NCBI GenBank assembly: GCA_001949185.1 | Contig: BDGG01000012.1 | Span: 1-64,000 of the forward strand | DNA: 64,000 nucleotides | Direction of reading: 5' to 3' | From: Ramazzottius varieornatus | Lineage: Eukaryota; Animalia; Tardigrada | Shown: positions 43,472 through 57,042 of the stretch, piece after piece | Position numbering within the stretch: the first letter of the stretch is position 1 | Layout: each line of letters starts with the position of its first letter | Program-made: the position numbers and the translations under genes | The notes under the pieces: generated by a model | Told to the model about the DNA's origin: nothing | What the model saw: only the letters and a program-made list of their open reading frames with translations | Database searches by the model: none

Positions 43472-44300
43472 GCAGCAGTCGGTTGGGATTAGATCTGATC
43501 AGGATGAGGTACCGAGATTCGACAAGTCTTCCCAAGGTGCGATTTTACATGTTTTAAATTTTGACCAAGTTGCCCATTGGGTGATTTCGTTGGGTGATTT
43601 TGTTTGATCTGTGATCTACGTTGATCTCTTCAATATTTTTACGAAAACGATCTACAAAATTAAGATGGTCTTTCGAAAGCTGTTCTTCGGTTCCACGCGG
43701 TACTCATTTTTGTGCCTTGTAACCATTCCAAGCTTTCGTGATTTGATGTAGGAGTTTGAATGCAGTTTTGTGCTCGTAGTTTCGAATGTAATCTCATAAC
43801 TACGCCCAGTCTTTCGAAACGCGAGTTTATCTGCGTTAGTTTATAGGTTGCGATGATTTCTAACGCAGTGTCAGCAAATTCATGTGTAAAATCAGGAACT
43901 TTGTAGTATCGTTCCTTTTTCATACGAAATTTTGCGTGCGCGAAATTGATTTTTCGAGAATACGGAAGCATTGACGTAGCAGGCTGCGTTCTTCATGTCA
44001 CCGCTGCTGCCGTATCGATCCAGCAACACCTGGGACCAAGGTAAATGCGCTCAGAAAGAGCTAAGCCATTTCTGATTTTGGTAGATAGAACTGCGTCGCT
44101 TTGTTTTTCGCTATGTAGGCAAGGTTTCTTCCTGGTTCAACGAACCCAAGCAATTATCGAGTCTTCACAGGTTTCATGTTCGTTCTGGTCGTATCTGAAA
44201 CGATTTCTACGCCATCACACGCCTAGCGGATCGGTGAATTACCAGCAGCACTCGGGAAATCGTTGCCAGGTTGGTCTACGGGTTACGCTTCCGGTTTGAG

Positions 44301-47300
44301 ATGGCTTCTGCGCTTGGCCGTCCACCATCCGCTCGTCCTGGAACGGCTACGCAGGTTACCGGCGCTCCTGGTAAGTTTTATGGCTTCCATCGTCTTCCTG
44401 TTCGATGGACTGAGCGACTGAATTCTACGTGTACATAAGTATATTTATACAGCGTTTTCATTTCGATCTTTGATTGAATAACATCTTTGAATCATTTCAG
44501 CCACGGCAAGACCAGGAACCGCTTCTCGCTTGGCTGCGCAAGCAGCGTCCACAACGGTGACGCAGCATTCTTCCTGCAAGGTTTGGTTGACGACAGAATA
44601 TCTTCCAATACTGTTATTTATAGACCGTTAGGACGGCTACTGCCGGAAGACCGGGAACAGGACGAAGTGTCGTTCCTCATGTGGCCACCGATGCAGCCGA
44701 AAGACTGCGGACAGCTCGCGGCCTGCCTTCCGCAAAAGGTAAAAGAATGCTTTGCCCACGCGACCCAACAGGGACCAGAGGGGAATTGTCTTGAATATCT
44801 CTGTTGTGCCCGTACGCTTGCGCGAGATCTTTCTGAATGTTGGTTCTCCTTTGATCTAGACGTCAGTTGCTGTTCTGTTTACAGGAAGGTTGGGTATGCG
44901 AAATACTAAAGATCGAGCGTACTTTATCGGAACTTTACGGTTTGTGTTTTCGCTTTTCTCTTAATCTCTTCGTTTCCTGACGTCAGACATCAGTTTTGAC
45001 GGGAAAACTGTTCTTCATTGGAAATAATCCTTTCTTGATTCCAGAGCGAAAATCTTGGAAATTATCAACGAGACTAATAGGTTGAATAAGGAAAGCCAAG
45101 ACTTCGCCACGTTGAAAGACTTCGCTGCTAGCACGCGAGGAGAACATGGCGCGCTGGTCAAAACGGTTTCTGCACTTCGTGGAACCCAGCGCGATTATGA
45201 AGCGGTAACGTTTATTTCCCATAAGCTAAGTCGTGTGAGACAGTAACTATTGCGTGACAGATCGAATGTACTCCAGTGATTATTCCAGCTGCTAGAGTCG
45301 TTTGCCAGAGGAGTTACGAATGACGATATCCGAGCCGAGACCAGGGAACTCCAGCAGCAAAGCAGGGAACTGACCGCAGAAGTTCAGGAACTTCTCAACG
45401 AACGCGAAGGGTAGCCCACCATCAGACCCTTCTTTCCTTTGATTCCAGTCGCTCACAATTTTGTATATCTTTAGAAGAGAACTCGAGTTGACAAATCTTC
45501 AAGAAACGACCCGGAAGTATGAAACAGCTGGCGATTCCCTGCTGCACGAGATGGTTCGAGTTTATATTTCTTTTTTCTTCTTCTTTTGACTAACGATGAT
45601 TGTTTTGCGGTTAATTTTTTTACTGATTTGTCAGTCGGCGGAAGACCAGGCTAAATACCGAGAACTGCAGGACGAACTACAGCGTCAGTCGGTCATGGAA
45701 GAGCAGCTGATCAAGGAACTGGAATCGCTGAAGCACGGTGAGCGAGCCAAGATGGAAGAAGTAAGATCTCCTTGTCCTTCTAGACCGAAAGACAAGGTTC
45801 AACTCGGTAAGTCGACAATGACAGACAGGACCCCATCGAGCAATATTTTCGTGTTTTGCCGTCAGGAGCTCTCCTTTGTGCCATTGAAAAAGGAAGCTGC
45901 CCAAGTCTACTCGCGCATTAGGGATCTCCAGTCAACACTTGAAGATGTTCGACAACAGATTAACCGCCCACCAGTACAAGAACTGAAACGTCTGGTCGAC
46001 CAGATCAAGCAGGAGAATGCGGAAGTCTCCGCCTTGGAACGACAGTGAGTATCTTCACGTACGGAGCTCTGTTTCTTGGAATACCAGGATGCGTGGTTCA
46101 GCTGGAGTGATGCGATCCACTAGCACTGATGAATTCTCCTTTGCTCAGGTATCGAACACTCCAGGATATAATGAGTACCATTCAGCAACAAGGAACTGTC
46201 TCTTCAGCTGGTACGGCGAGTTACCCTCTTTCGGGATATCAGGACAGATACGAAGAGCTTACTGTAAGTGAAAGTTCAAGCCTAGAAAAAGAGTTTTTGT
46301 TTGACATGTACTGTATCTCAGTTTCCTTACTTAATCGGGGCTCAAGCAGACTTTTCTATTCTATTGTCACATGTTATAATGGTTGCTTGTGAAATACAGT
46401 ATAAGACCCTCTCCCATCTAGGCTGAACTAAAATCGTCCGAAGCGGAGAACCTTCGCAAACTAGAACAGTTGTCCAAGGTACAGTAAGGTCAATAATCTG
46501 CTGAATGCTGCACGTGACCATCAACGAGAGCTCTGAGCTTGTAGAATGTTGATGCTTTGAATGAACTCCCCATCACCTCGGAAGCTGACGTCCGGAAGTC
46601 CGGTGAACAACTTCGCTCTACCGTGGGTAAAGTGCAGCATGCACAGAGGATGTGCGAGGACCTTCTGCAGATGAACCTCGAAGAATACACCAGAGAACTG
46701 CGCAAAATAGAGCTGGTACTTGTTCTTCCATTACTGCCGAGCCTGACTAGCCTCTTACTTCACAAGCTGTTTCGTTATAGCTTCTCGTTACATTGAACAA
46801 GGAAAAGCAGCAACGACAAACGGACATCTCAAAGTGGGAAAAGGAGTTTCAGATCGGTGGAGATATCAAAGTCGTTCTTACCAAGCGGAACGAGGTGAAG
46901 AACTCTAGTTTGCATTCTTCTACCGTTTTGACGTAAGAATTAGTTATCATATTTCAGGACCTTAAACGAGAACTAAGCAGGCTTCAACAAGAAAAAACAT
47001 CTCTAACGCAAGCGGTGAGCGAGTCTCGGAACGCCCTTCAGCAACAGAAGACTTCCTTGTCCAAGAAGCCGACCCACCAGAAAGTAATTCCCTTCTATTC
47101 TATTCGATTGCCTTTCAAGCTGATAGCTCCCTCACTTTTATTGTAATATGAATTCCGATGTGCTGTTCGTAGATCATAGAGGCAGAGCACGAACTGCAAA
47201 AGCTTCAAGCTCAGACGTTCGATCTCGAGGAAGGTAAGAGTCCATTCGTGGTCGATTTCTGCAGCGCAACTGTTCTTGCTTTGTTCTTACGACTCTTCTA

Positions 47301-47463
47301 CTGGCGTGCTTCTTTCTCCTGTCATTCAGTCTTAGCGGACGCAAAGTTAACTGGGACGTACGAGGAGGTCAAAGCAAGCGTACTCCAGAAGGCGAGAGAA
47401 GTGAACGCTATGCTTCAACGACTTGCGCAACTGGAAAACTCTGCTGATCAGGAGATACCATAA
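44301..47463 (+). CDS. IFT74: Intraflagellar transport protein 74, divergent, many exons
   Basis: N-terminal GRPPSARPGTA repeats; coiled-coil segments LRGTQRDYE, SAEDQAKYREL, PLKKEAAQVY and RLVDQIKQENAEVSALERQ correspond to IFT74 motifs. Confidence 0.78.
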
Positions 47464-47700
47464 ATTGCCCGCCAGGATCCAGAACATTGAATCGAACCTT
47501 GAAGTGAATGTTCTTTGGCTCTGCGTCTTTTCCTTCTGAAGCTAGCGATACTCGTAGCGATATTAAGGCGGGTCGCGATAGAAGGGCAGTACTGTATCCC
47601 TGCGAACCGGAAATGCTATTTAGAAAACAAAGTTCGTAAACTGTGTTCTGTGCATTTTTTTCTCAGCCATCTCATCTACTAAACATTTAGATATTTCCTT

Positions 47701-48597
47701 TTATTTTTCCTTGGGTTCTCTGCCCTCTTTCCGAAAACCAGTAGCCAAGAAATAAGTTTCAGCAGAGTCATCTCTGCTCGCTGGAGGTTTCACAAACTTC
47801 ACCAATGTAAAATGCTTCTTCAACAGACTTTCAAAATCCTTATTCGATCCACCACTCCATATTTTACATAAAAACGTTCCCTTCTCTCGAAGGACTCTGA
47901 CAGCAAAAATGAGAGCTTCCGTGCATAACGTAATTATAGCGTCGTGGTCCAGTGTGCGCATCCCCGAAGCATTCGGCGCCATGTCACTCAACACCACATC
48001 AACCGGCCTGCCTTCCAGCATGTCCAGTATCTTCTTCTGTACTTTGGGGTTGGTGAAATCAGAATCCTTCAGGAAGATTGCACCGGGGTACGGTGTAATG
48101 TCGAGGAGATCAACACCAATGACAATTCCACAAGAGGCCTTCTTCGTGTTTCCTTCCGGAACTTCTTCGTCCACATATTCGAATATTCCATTATCAGTTC
48201 TCTCGACTTTAACCATCAGCGCTTCTCTTGTGTCTTTAGTGATGTCCGGAGGGATGTAGGCATTGACTTTCTTGACGGCAACTTGCGACCATGAGCCAGG
48301 TGCAGCGCCGAGATCGATTACCACATGGCCAGGTTGGAGTATCTTGTACTTCTCGTCGATCTCGAGCAGCTTGAAGGCGCTGCGTGCCCGATAGCTGACG
48401 GCCTTTGCTTTCTTGACATAAGGATCTTTACTTTGTCGTAGGAGCCATTCGTGGGAGCTTTTGCTGCGAGAAGGGGCAAGGTTGAGCAACCGGAAGTGGC
48501 GATGCGAAGCGATGCAGGCCGATTTGCAGTCAGCTGTTCTTGATTCGTGGAACGACCATAGTTCGACGACCGACAAAAGCCTAGAAGACAGTCGCAT
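47701..48597 (-). CDS. MRM2: Mitochondrial rRNA 2'-O-methyltransferase (RrmJ/FtsJ family), intronless
   Basis: SHEWLLRQSKDPYV, YRARSAFKLLEI, DLGAAPGSWSQV, VVLSDMAPNASG, KPPASR..SAE. Confidence 0.95.
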   Translation of the reverse strand: MRLSSRLLSVVELWSFHESRTADCKSACIASHRHFRLLNLAPSRSKSSHEWLLRQSKDPYVKKAKAVSYRARSAFKLLEIDEKYKILQPGHVVIDLGAAPGSWSQVAVKKVNAYIPPDITKDTREALMVKVERTDNGIFEYVDEEVPEGNTKKASCGIVIGVDLLDITPYPGAIFLKDSDFTNPKVQKKILDMLEGRPVDVVLSDMAPNASGMRTLDHDAIITLCTEALIFAVRVLREKGTFLCKIWSGGSNKDFESLLKKHFTLVKFVKPPASRDDSAETYFLATGFRKEGREPKEK

Positions 48598-49035
48598 AGC
48601 CACACCTCGTCCTCCACAGTGTCCAGCGACAAACCTGCAAGATGAACGCAGGGCGAGACAGAGGAAAAGTTCCTTCGTTCGAGTTCCGTTCCTCGACCTA
48701 AATTGAACTCAGCAGTGTAAACAAATCAATAGTCCATCAATCAACTCATTTCGTCGTCCGGTTTTGGTTTATCCGTTTATCGGATTCGGTCCATCGGGCT
48801 CGGGCTGCCTTCCGGCACCGGTCCCAGTGACCCAGTCAACCCACTGCGCCCGCGGAAATCAAAAATTACTGGCTGGACTTCGGAGCTCGGAGCTTCGGAG
48901 CACGAAGAAATGTTGTCAACTAGTTGTCTGATCTGTCTCTTCCAGGTTTTCTTTCTGCAGAAAGAATTCTCCCAGTCCTACAAGCTGCAGACAAGCTGTT
49001 CCTTGTGGACCGCTGTTTGTGTTCAATAGGTGAAG

Positions 49036-49976
49036 ATGGAGAGCGTCGTGGAAGACAACAGCGGCGGCGTGTTGAAGTGCGCCAAAGGCCACAGCCACTA
49101 CAAAGTCCCGTGGACTATCTACGTTCTCGATCCAGAGCAGTCCAGCCAGACGAACACTTACCGCGATGCACTGTTTCCTCTCGATGTTTTCGATACAGTG
49201 GAGGAGGTGAGGGATCTGTACAGTCTCCAGCCGTTCGCAAAGCCGAACGGTCCACCTTCCTGGAGCCTAGTTGTTCCTCAAGGAACGATCGCTGGTAAGA
49301 AATTACCGCTCCCTAACAGAACTGTCCTTTTTTTCTGACCGTTTCTATTTTTCATCCAGTTTTCCAAGGAGGAAAGTTCGGATACCCCGCTGTAAAGCCT
49401 GATTGGGAAGATCCAGCCACATTGAATGGTACGGAAGAGACGACGAAAAATAATTGCACAAGAATTCTGAAATTCTGATTACAGGTGGCGATTGTATTCA
49501 CAGGTGGCGAATTTCGTTTCCTTTTCGAAAAGTCAAACGGACTAGAAGTCATCGACAGTATTTTCCGCAACCTGGTTTCCTGGATGGCTGGGAGTTTTGA
49601 CTACGGTGACATTCGCATCCTGGGTCTCTTTATCAAGAACGTCTCCAAGCCGAAGAAGCCTTCGAAGGAACTGCAGTGTCGCGTGTGGGTTTCAGCTTCC
49701 TGGAACCCGAACACCTTCAAAGGCATCTTGTGGAAAATCGGGAAAGATATGGCCCAGAAGATCGCAGATGCAGGAGGAAGAGGTCGAATCTTGTACAACT
49801 ACCTGTCAGACATGCAGAACAAGGCGGAGAAGATTGAGACGGTTGAAGAGCCGCGTTTCCAGCTGAGAATCGACGTACCCTTCATCGACCCCAAGACTCA
49901 AGCAAACAGCTGGCTTCCTGCTGGCAATGAATCTCATGGCTCTAATTCTCCTCGCGACTTAATCACTTCTCGTTAG
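49036..49976 (+). CDS. Divergent eIF4E-family cap-binding protein
   Basis: Exons 49036-49294, 49360-49428 and 49504-49976 give HYKVPWTIY, FDTVEEVRDLY, VKPDWEDPATLNGGEF, IDSIFRNLV and CRVWV, in the same order as the eIF4E motifs. Confidence 0.78.
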
Positions 49977-50717
49977 TATCTGCCGTTTTCCATGGTATCT
50001 TCCCGTTGCGGAATATTTAAGTTTCGCTGGTCTAATTGGCCTGTTCATCTTGTGAACTGAGTCGCGGAAGACCATACACGGAAACCGCTGCCCTCACGAA
50101 CAGTGAGAAGGCTAGGTCCTAAATCCTAATATGGAATTCGTGCCTTTGTTTGCTCAACTTTGAAAGCTTTCGCCATGCTGGTCACATCACTGTTATTTTC
50201 TTTCGCTGGATGTAATTCCCCACAAGCTGTGAATAAATGAAAGATTCTGGTAAAGAAAAGAGTGGCACCTCCGATGCCCCAGGATAATGAAAAAAAACCA
50301 TCGTTCGCTGAACCGAGCGTTTCCGTTTAGGTACCAATCAAGTCTGTATCAATCAACGGCAACAGTAGACCATAGAATTCCGAACGAGGAAGCTTAAGTT
50401 GCCAGAATCGTTTTTCGTTTTACGTTTTCAGAATTTAATCACTGGCTTTTCGCCATCATATATTCCAGCAGCAAAGTCCTTCGGCAAGGTCCTCGTTCAG
50501 CAAGAGAAAAAATCCGTAAAGGTGAATCTAGCGAGCAAACTAGTAAGGTACAGTACTGCAGTAACAGGACAAAAACAAGAACGAAGCCTCGAAACCTTAA
50601 AGTGGACGATCTGGACAGATGCACTAGTTATCTACACAAAACAAGTTAAGAAAGGTTAACAACGGAGACAGTCCACAATAAAGTTTGAAGGATCGATAAA
50701 TGCATCTACAGAGAGCG

Positions 50718-52057
<1,340 letters not shown>

Positions 52058-54522
52058 CTTCCGGGAGGACCTAAGAGACGAACATCCATACACTAGTTCC
52101 TCTGGTTACGATGCAGGACATTTGTTCTCGCCTTGTTGTCTCGGACTCAAAAAGCAAGATCGACGTCCAGAGATTCTTCTCCTCCCAAGCAATGTCCTTC
52201 TTCTCGTTTCACACAACTGGAACTGGCTCCGCCACAACCTCGATTCTCTGTTACACAATCAGGTTCAACAAGGAATCAGACAAAGAGAACACAGCGTGAA
52301 GAAAGTTGAGAACTCGTCAGTCTCGTCTAGAAGAGACTGCCAAACTGGTAGACAGAAGAAAATTCATCAGCTGATTCAGCCTCCGCTAGGCGCTAGCAGA
52401 GTGATGGCGCTAGCTAGTCCGCTTCATCTCTGCATTGCAGGCTTCTGGCGGCAAAACAACCCAAACCAATTAAATAAAGCTAACAAAGGATATGGTTGTG
52501 TCATCGCTGACTCAGTCACTCCCTCACAAGGTAACGGAGGTGAACCTTGGCGCCTGAACTTCTTCCAACTTTTTCTGTCGAAAGTACTCTGTCCTGACTG
52601 CTGTTTGATGGTACTCTCAATTACCGCCGAGCGTCATCTGGGCCGATAGGAATTTAAGAGACGAGTGCGTTTCGTTAACAGGCGTTTCGGTTTGGGAAAC
52701 GGTCGAGCGCATCAAAAAAACCGCAAAGTCTATCTCATAGCAGGCTGTACAGCACATACCTCAAATCTGGTTTCTGTGTTCTCGCACAGTTCGTAAACCC
52801 CGTAAAATTTTGCCTTGACGACGAAGCACGGGTGGGTTAGGGCCAGCAAAGGTGGAAAAACGACCACCCTGAATGGCTCTGATATACAAGAGGTTGAAAT
52901 TTCCACCCTTGGAGAACAAGGTGGGAACGGCAGGATGGAAAAGCGGGGAACAAGCGATAGGGTGGGATCACCGGTTCTCCGTGACATCAAACCCCGTGAC
53001 CACAAGAATCTAAAAGTTCGTGCTGTCTGTTTCAAGGGTTCTCAGTTAACCACCTCATTTGTACTCTATAGAATAGCATTCCCTCCCATCTCGGCCACAC
53101 ACCGTCAGCCAGTGCGATCGTGAAATGCCATGAAGAGCACTCTGTGACGTCGGTATATCGAAACTGACAGAAGACATCAGTTTGACGGTCTCAGTTACTG
53201 GAATTACCTAGAGCGGTGCGGCAGTATACCACTCTAGGTTCAGAAACAATAAATCATTTTTGAATTTTCACTGCTCCGATTACGCAAGGACAGTAGCAGT
53301 AATTCGGTACTCTTGCTTCTGTTCAGAAGCCCATATCAGAAAAGGTTTATTGAAGGACGATGCGCAACGTAGCATACAAGTAGCTCTACGATCACCGCTT
53401 CATGACTCGAGATCCAAATCTTCCGGTCTTGACTGGAAATCCTCGTTTGTATGTAATCACGTGAACCGTCAGACCAGACTCAAACCGATGATTACCCATA
53501 ATTGTGCCCCATTCTCGCTTTCCTGAGAAACTGAAACAAGCCGCTTGACTTTACTCGATCTGTAGCGGCGGCCATGGGGCCGGCAAATCGAGCACATAAG
53601 TTTCCAGGCTATCCCGAACTGGACTTAATAAAGATGACAGCTGTTTCCAGGAAACGACTGATAAAGGGGAACAGAAACGCATGAAGTCAGCCTCGTTCGC
53701 TGTCAAAGTACGGCCTGCCAAACCACACGCTCTTACTTAGATAGCTGACGGAACGCACGACCATGCCATTGTGCTCGTTGAACGAGTGCATACACCTCTC
53801 ATCGAATTTGACGTGCGCAAACTGAGCCGCACCCCCCCGTTTTGAAAAGTTTCCGAAAGTGTTTGCGAACTGCCTTTTCTTGTAGCTATAATCGCTGTTT
53901 GGATTTTCGCTTTATTTTTATGAACGCGTCAAAAACTGAGGCTTATCAAGAAGAGAAAAGTCAAGTAGGAATGTACTTCCTGCATTTGCTTCAGAGGTCA
54001 ACAGCGCTATGGCTATGTGCTTTTGGGGCATTTAATTACCCGCATCAAGAAGAAAAGCAACCAGTCGGTCAACTGTAGGGGAAAGTTTGATATGGGCTAT
54101 ATCGTTTCCCACCCTGGACTGGCTTGCTAGCCTATCCTTGCGACGAAGCGGACGGATGTGATGACTGCGCTCCGTCGCTAAACTTTATTATTTGTTCTTG
54201 GTGTCGGAAGAAGTGATGTTTTCAGTGCTCTTTTGTTGCCTGTCACAACTGCAATAATTATGTTGACTAATCCCTTACGTTTTCTGCATGATATGGGCTG
54301 TGGGCAAGGTTCCTCAGAAGTCTGGGGTCATAGCGTAGAGGCACAGCTGATGAAAGTTGAGAAGGGATTTTCGCTTTATTGAGAAGGGCAAGGGAGGACT
54401 TCAGGTTTTTCTTGAAATTTCTTGGCCTCCACATGGCAGGCCCCAGCCCCTACCCTTGAGCTACCATGGCCCTTCTCTAAATTTCATCGATTATGTCTCT
54501 GCGCCGTGACCCCAAACTTCTG

Positions 54523-54659
54523 AGGAGCTCTGCCCAGAGCCCATATTTAGTGCGCGCTTTGCATTTAGCTGCGCAGTTGAACTGTAAATTCGCATACCCA
54601 GTGCGCCACTTTAAGTGGTAAACTTTCTCCGTACGAAAGGGTCTTCGTCTTAAGTTCCT
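54523..54659. repeat. Palindromic element, degenerate
   Basis: Right arm GTGCGCCACTT at 54601-54611, degenerate left arm 24 nt upstream. Intergenic or in a 5'UTR intron. Confidence 0.6.
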
Positions 54660-54992
54660 CCCGGCCCAGATGATGCTCGGTGGCAATTGAGAGTAATATC
54701 AAACAGAAGTCAGGACCGAGTACTGTCGACAGAAAAAGTTGGAAGAAGTTTAGGCGTCGAGGTTAACCTCCGTTCCCTTGTCAGTACCGACGTACGAGTG
54801 ATCACTGAACGGAGTGACAGCTCGAACCAGCGTGACGTCAGGAATGCGAGCACGTCACGAGCTAGCACGACTACTTTTCGCATAGTCTATTTCCGGTTCC
54901 CGTTTCCGGGAAGGATTGCTTCATGTTCTGCACTGAATCTTCCCACGCCATGCTGACAGTGTAAGCTAGTGAGTCCGCTTCCTGGTAAGAAG

Positions 54993-56985
54993 ATGTCGGC
55001 ATCAGGTGAATGCCTGATCATAGGCGGTGGAATCGCTGGAGTTTCCTGTGCAGAAACAGTGAGCTGATCTTCGTAAGACGTGGTTTGTGCAAGAGAAGAG
55101 CGTACCTTCGTCTTTTTTTCAGTTATCTATACTCCAGCCGTCGCTCAGGACGGTTCTGATCTCCGCGTCGTCGCTTGTGAAGGTGGCAACCGGAGTGCGA
55201 CAGGTAATCAATTATCCATAGGGAATCACGAAACGCTTTGTGTCATGGATTTGCACGCTACTTAACCTACTTTCTCCCTTCAGCTGACAAAGACACTCGA
55301 TGAATTCGATGTCGAAGAACGTCCATTCGACTGGGTTGAGAGCAGGAATGCTAATTTATCTGTGGTTTGGGGAGAAGTTGCGTCCTTGAACCCAGAGGAA
55401 CATGTGGGTAAATTCATACGTACGGTGTTGGATGATTTATTCATGACGTCACCGTGTACATTTCGTGCAAGTTCGCTGACGTCAGGCGTAGAAATCGTCG
55501 TGACTTTTTTTGATTTCCTCCTTTGCAGTGGTTCTTAGAGATGGGAGACGGTTCACCTACAAATTACTGTGCATTTGCTCCGGCGGAAAGCCTAAGGTAT
55601 TCTTTCCTTACTTATGCGCAACATCTGCGGTCGTACATTTCCCGAGCTCTTCTCTAGTTGATTGCTAATGATCATCCATCTGTGATTGGTATCCGAGACA
55701 CTGAAAGTGTAAAGGTAGGAAACTTTCAGCTGAGCATAAGCATTCATATTCTTTAAGCCCAAACGCTTCACGTCCTCAGGAGTTCATCAGCAAGCTTGGC
55801 GATGCTCGGCGCGTCATGATCGTCGGCAACGGTGGGATCGCTACAGAGATGGCGTCCGAGCTGAAAGACGTGGAATTGATTTGGGTCGTGAAGGATGATT
55901 CAGTCAGCGCCACGTTCGTCGATGCTGGCGCTGCTCAGTTCTTCCTCAGCTCACGGCGTACAAGAAAGGAGAACAATTCAGACCATTCGAACACAAACGA
56001 TGATAAGCCTAAAGTTTCCAAAAGACTGAAATACACCGAGGTACATCCATGCAGATCCATGACGACACACGGTAGTGCATTGGGTCCTGACTGGGCAGCC
56101 GACATTCTCATGAAGGGCAAGTCAAACGGGAAATATGACTTGAACATTCAGTACTCTTGTGAGGTACAAGCTCTCATGACCCATGAAGAGTATCTCTCCA
56201 GCGGGGATAAGTCAGCTGATGAAGACGGAACGAAGGAGGTGAGATGGCCGGTGTATGCGAAGTTGACCAACGGGAAGACTTTCGGTTGTGATTTCGTGGT
56301 TAGCGCAACGGGTGTCACCCCGAATCTCGACTTCGCAAGAAGTGTTCTTCCGGTGGATGGGATAGCCGTGGATGGTGGGATGAAAGTAGACGAGAGAATG
56401 GAAACGTGTCTGAGGGATGTCTTCGCAGCAGGGGATGTGTGTACGACCATGTGGGAACCCGCACCCCATTGGATGCAGGTGCTTGTCTCCCTCTGTAAAG
56501 TTCCGAAGGTTACTTCGATTACCTGTAATTTGGTTTTGCAGATGCGACTGTGGTCACAGGCAAGACAGATGGGCTCTTATGCTGCAAAGTGCATGGTGGC
56601 TAAATGGAACAACGAGGAAATAACGTTGGACTTCGGTTTCGAGATGTTCTCACATGCTACGCGGTTCTTTGGCTTCAAGGTAGTTTTGCGGGTATGGTGA
56701 AAAGTCTCTCGATCGTTCAGTGTTTTTCTTTCCTAGGTTATACTGCTGGGCTTGTTCAACGGTCAGCGGTTGGGGAAGGAGTACGAGATCCTTCTACGGA
56801 TGAACAAAGGCGAAGAGTACATCAAAGCCATCGTCAAAGATGGACGTTTACAAGGTGCGATCTTGATCGGCGAAACTGATCTCGAAGAAACATTCGAAAA
56901 TTTGATTTTAAATAGGATAGATATCAGCCGGTTTGGCGAAGATTTACTGAATCCAGATGTTGATATTGAAGATTATTTTGATTAG
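54993..56985 (+). CDS. PYROXD1: Pyridine nucleotide-disulfide oxidoreductase domain-containing protein 1
   Basis: [64 protein letters not shown]. Confidence 0.96.
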
Positions 56986-57042
56986 CGTATGTTGTATACA
57001 GAAACTAGTAACAAGCTTTTATACTAAAACTCACTGCCGATC

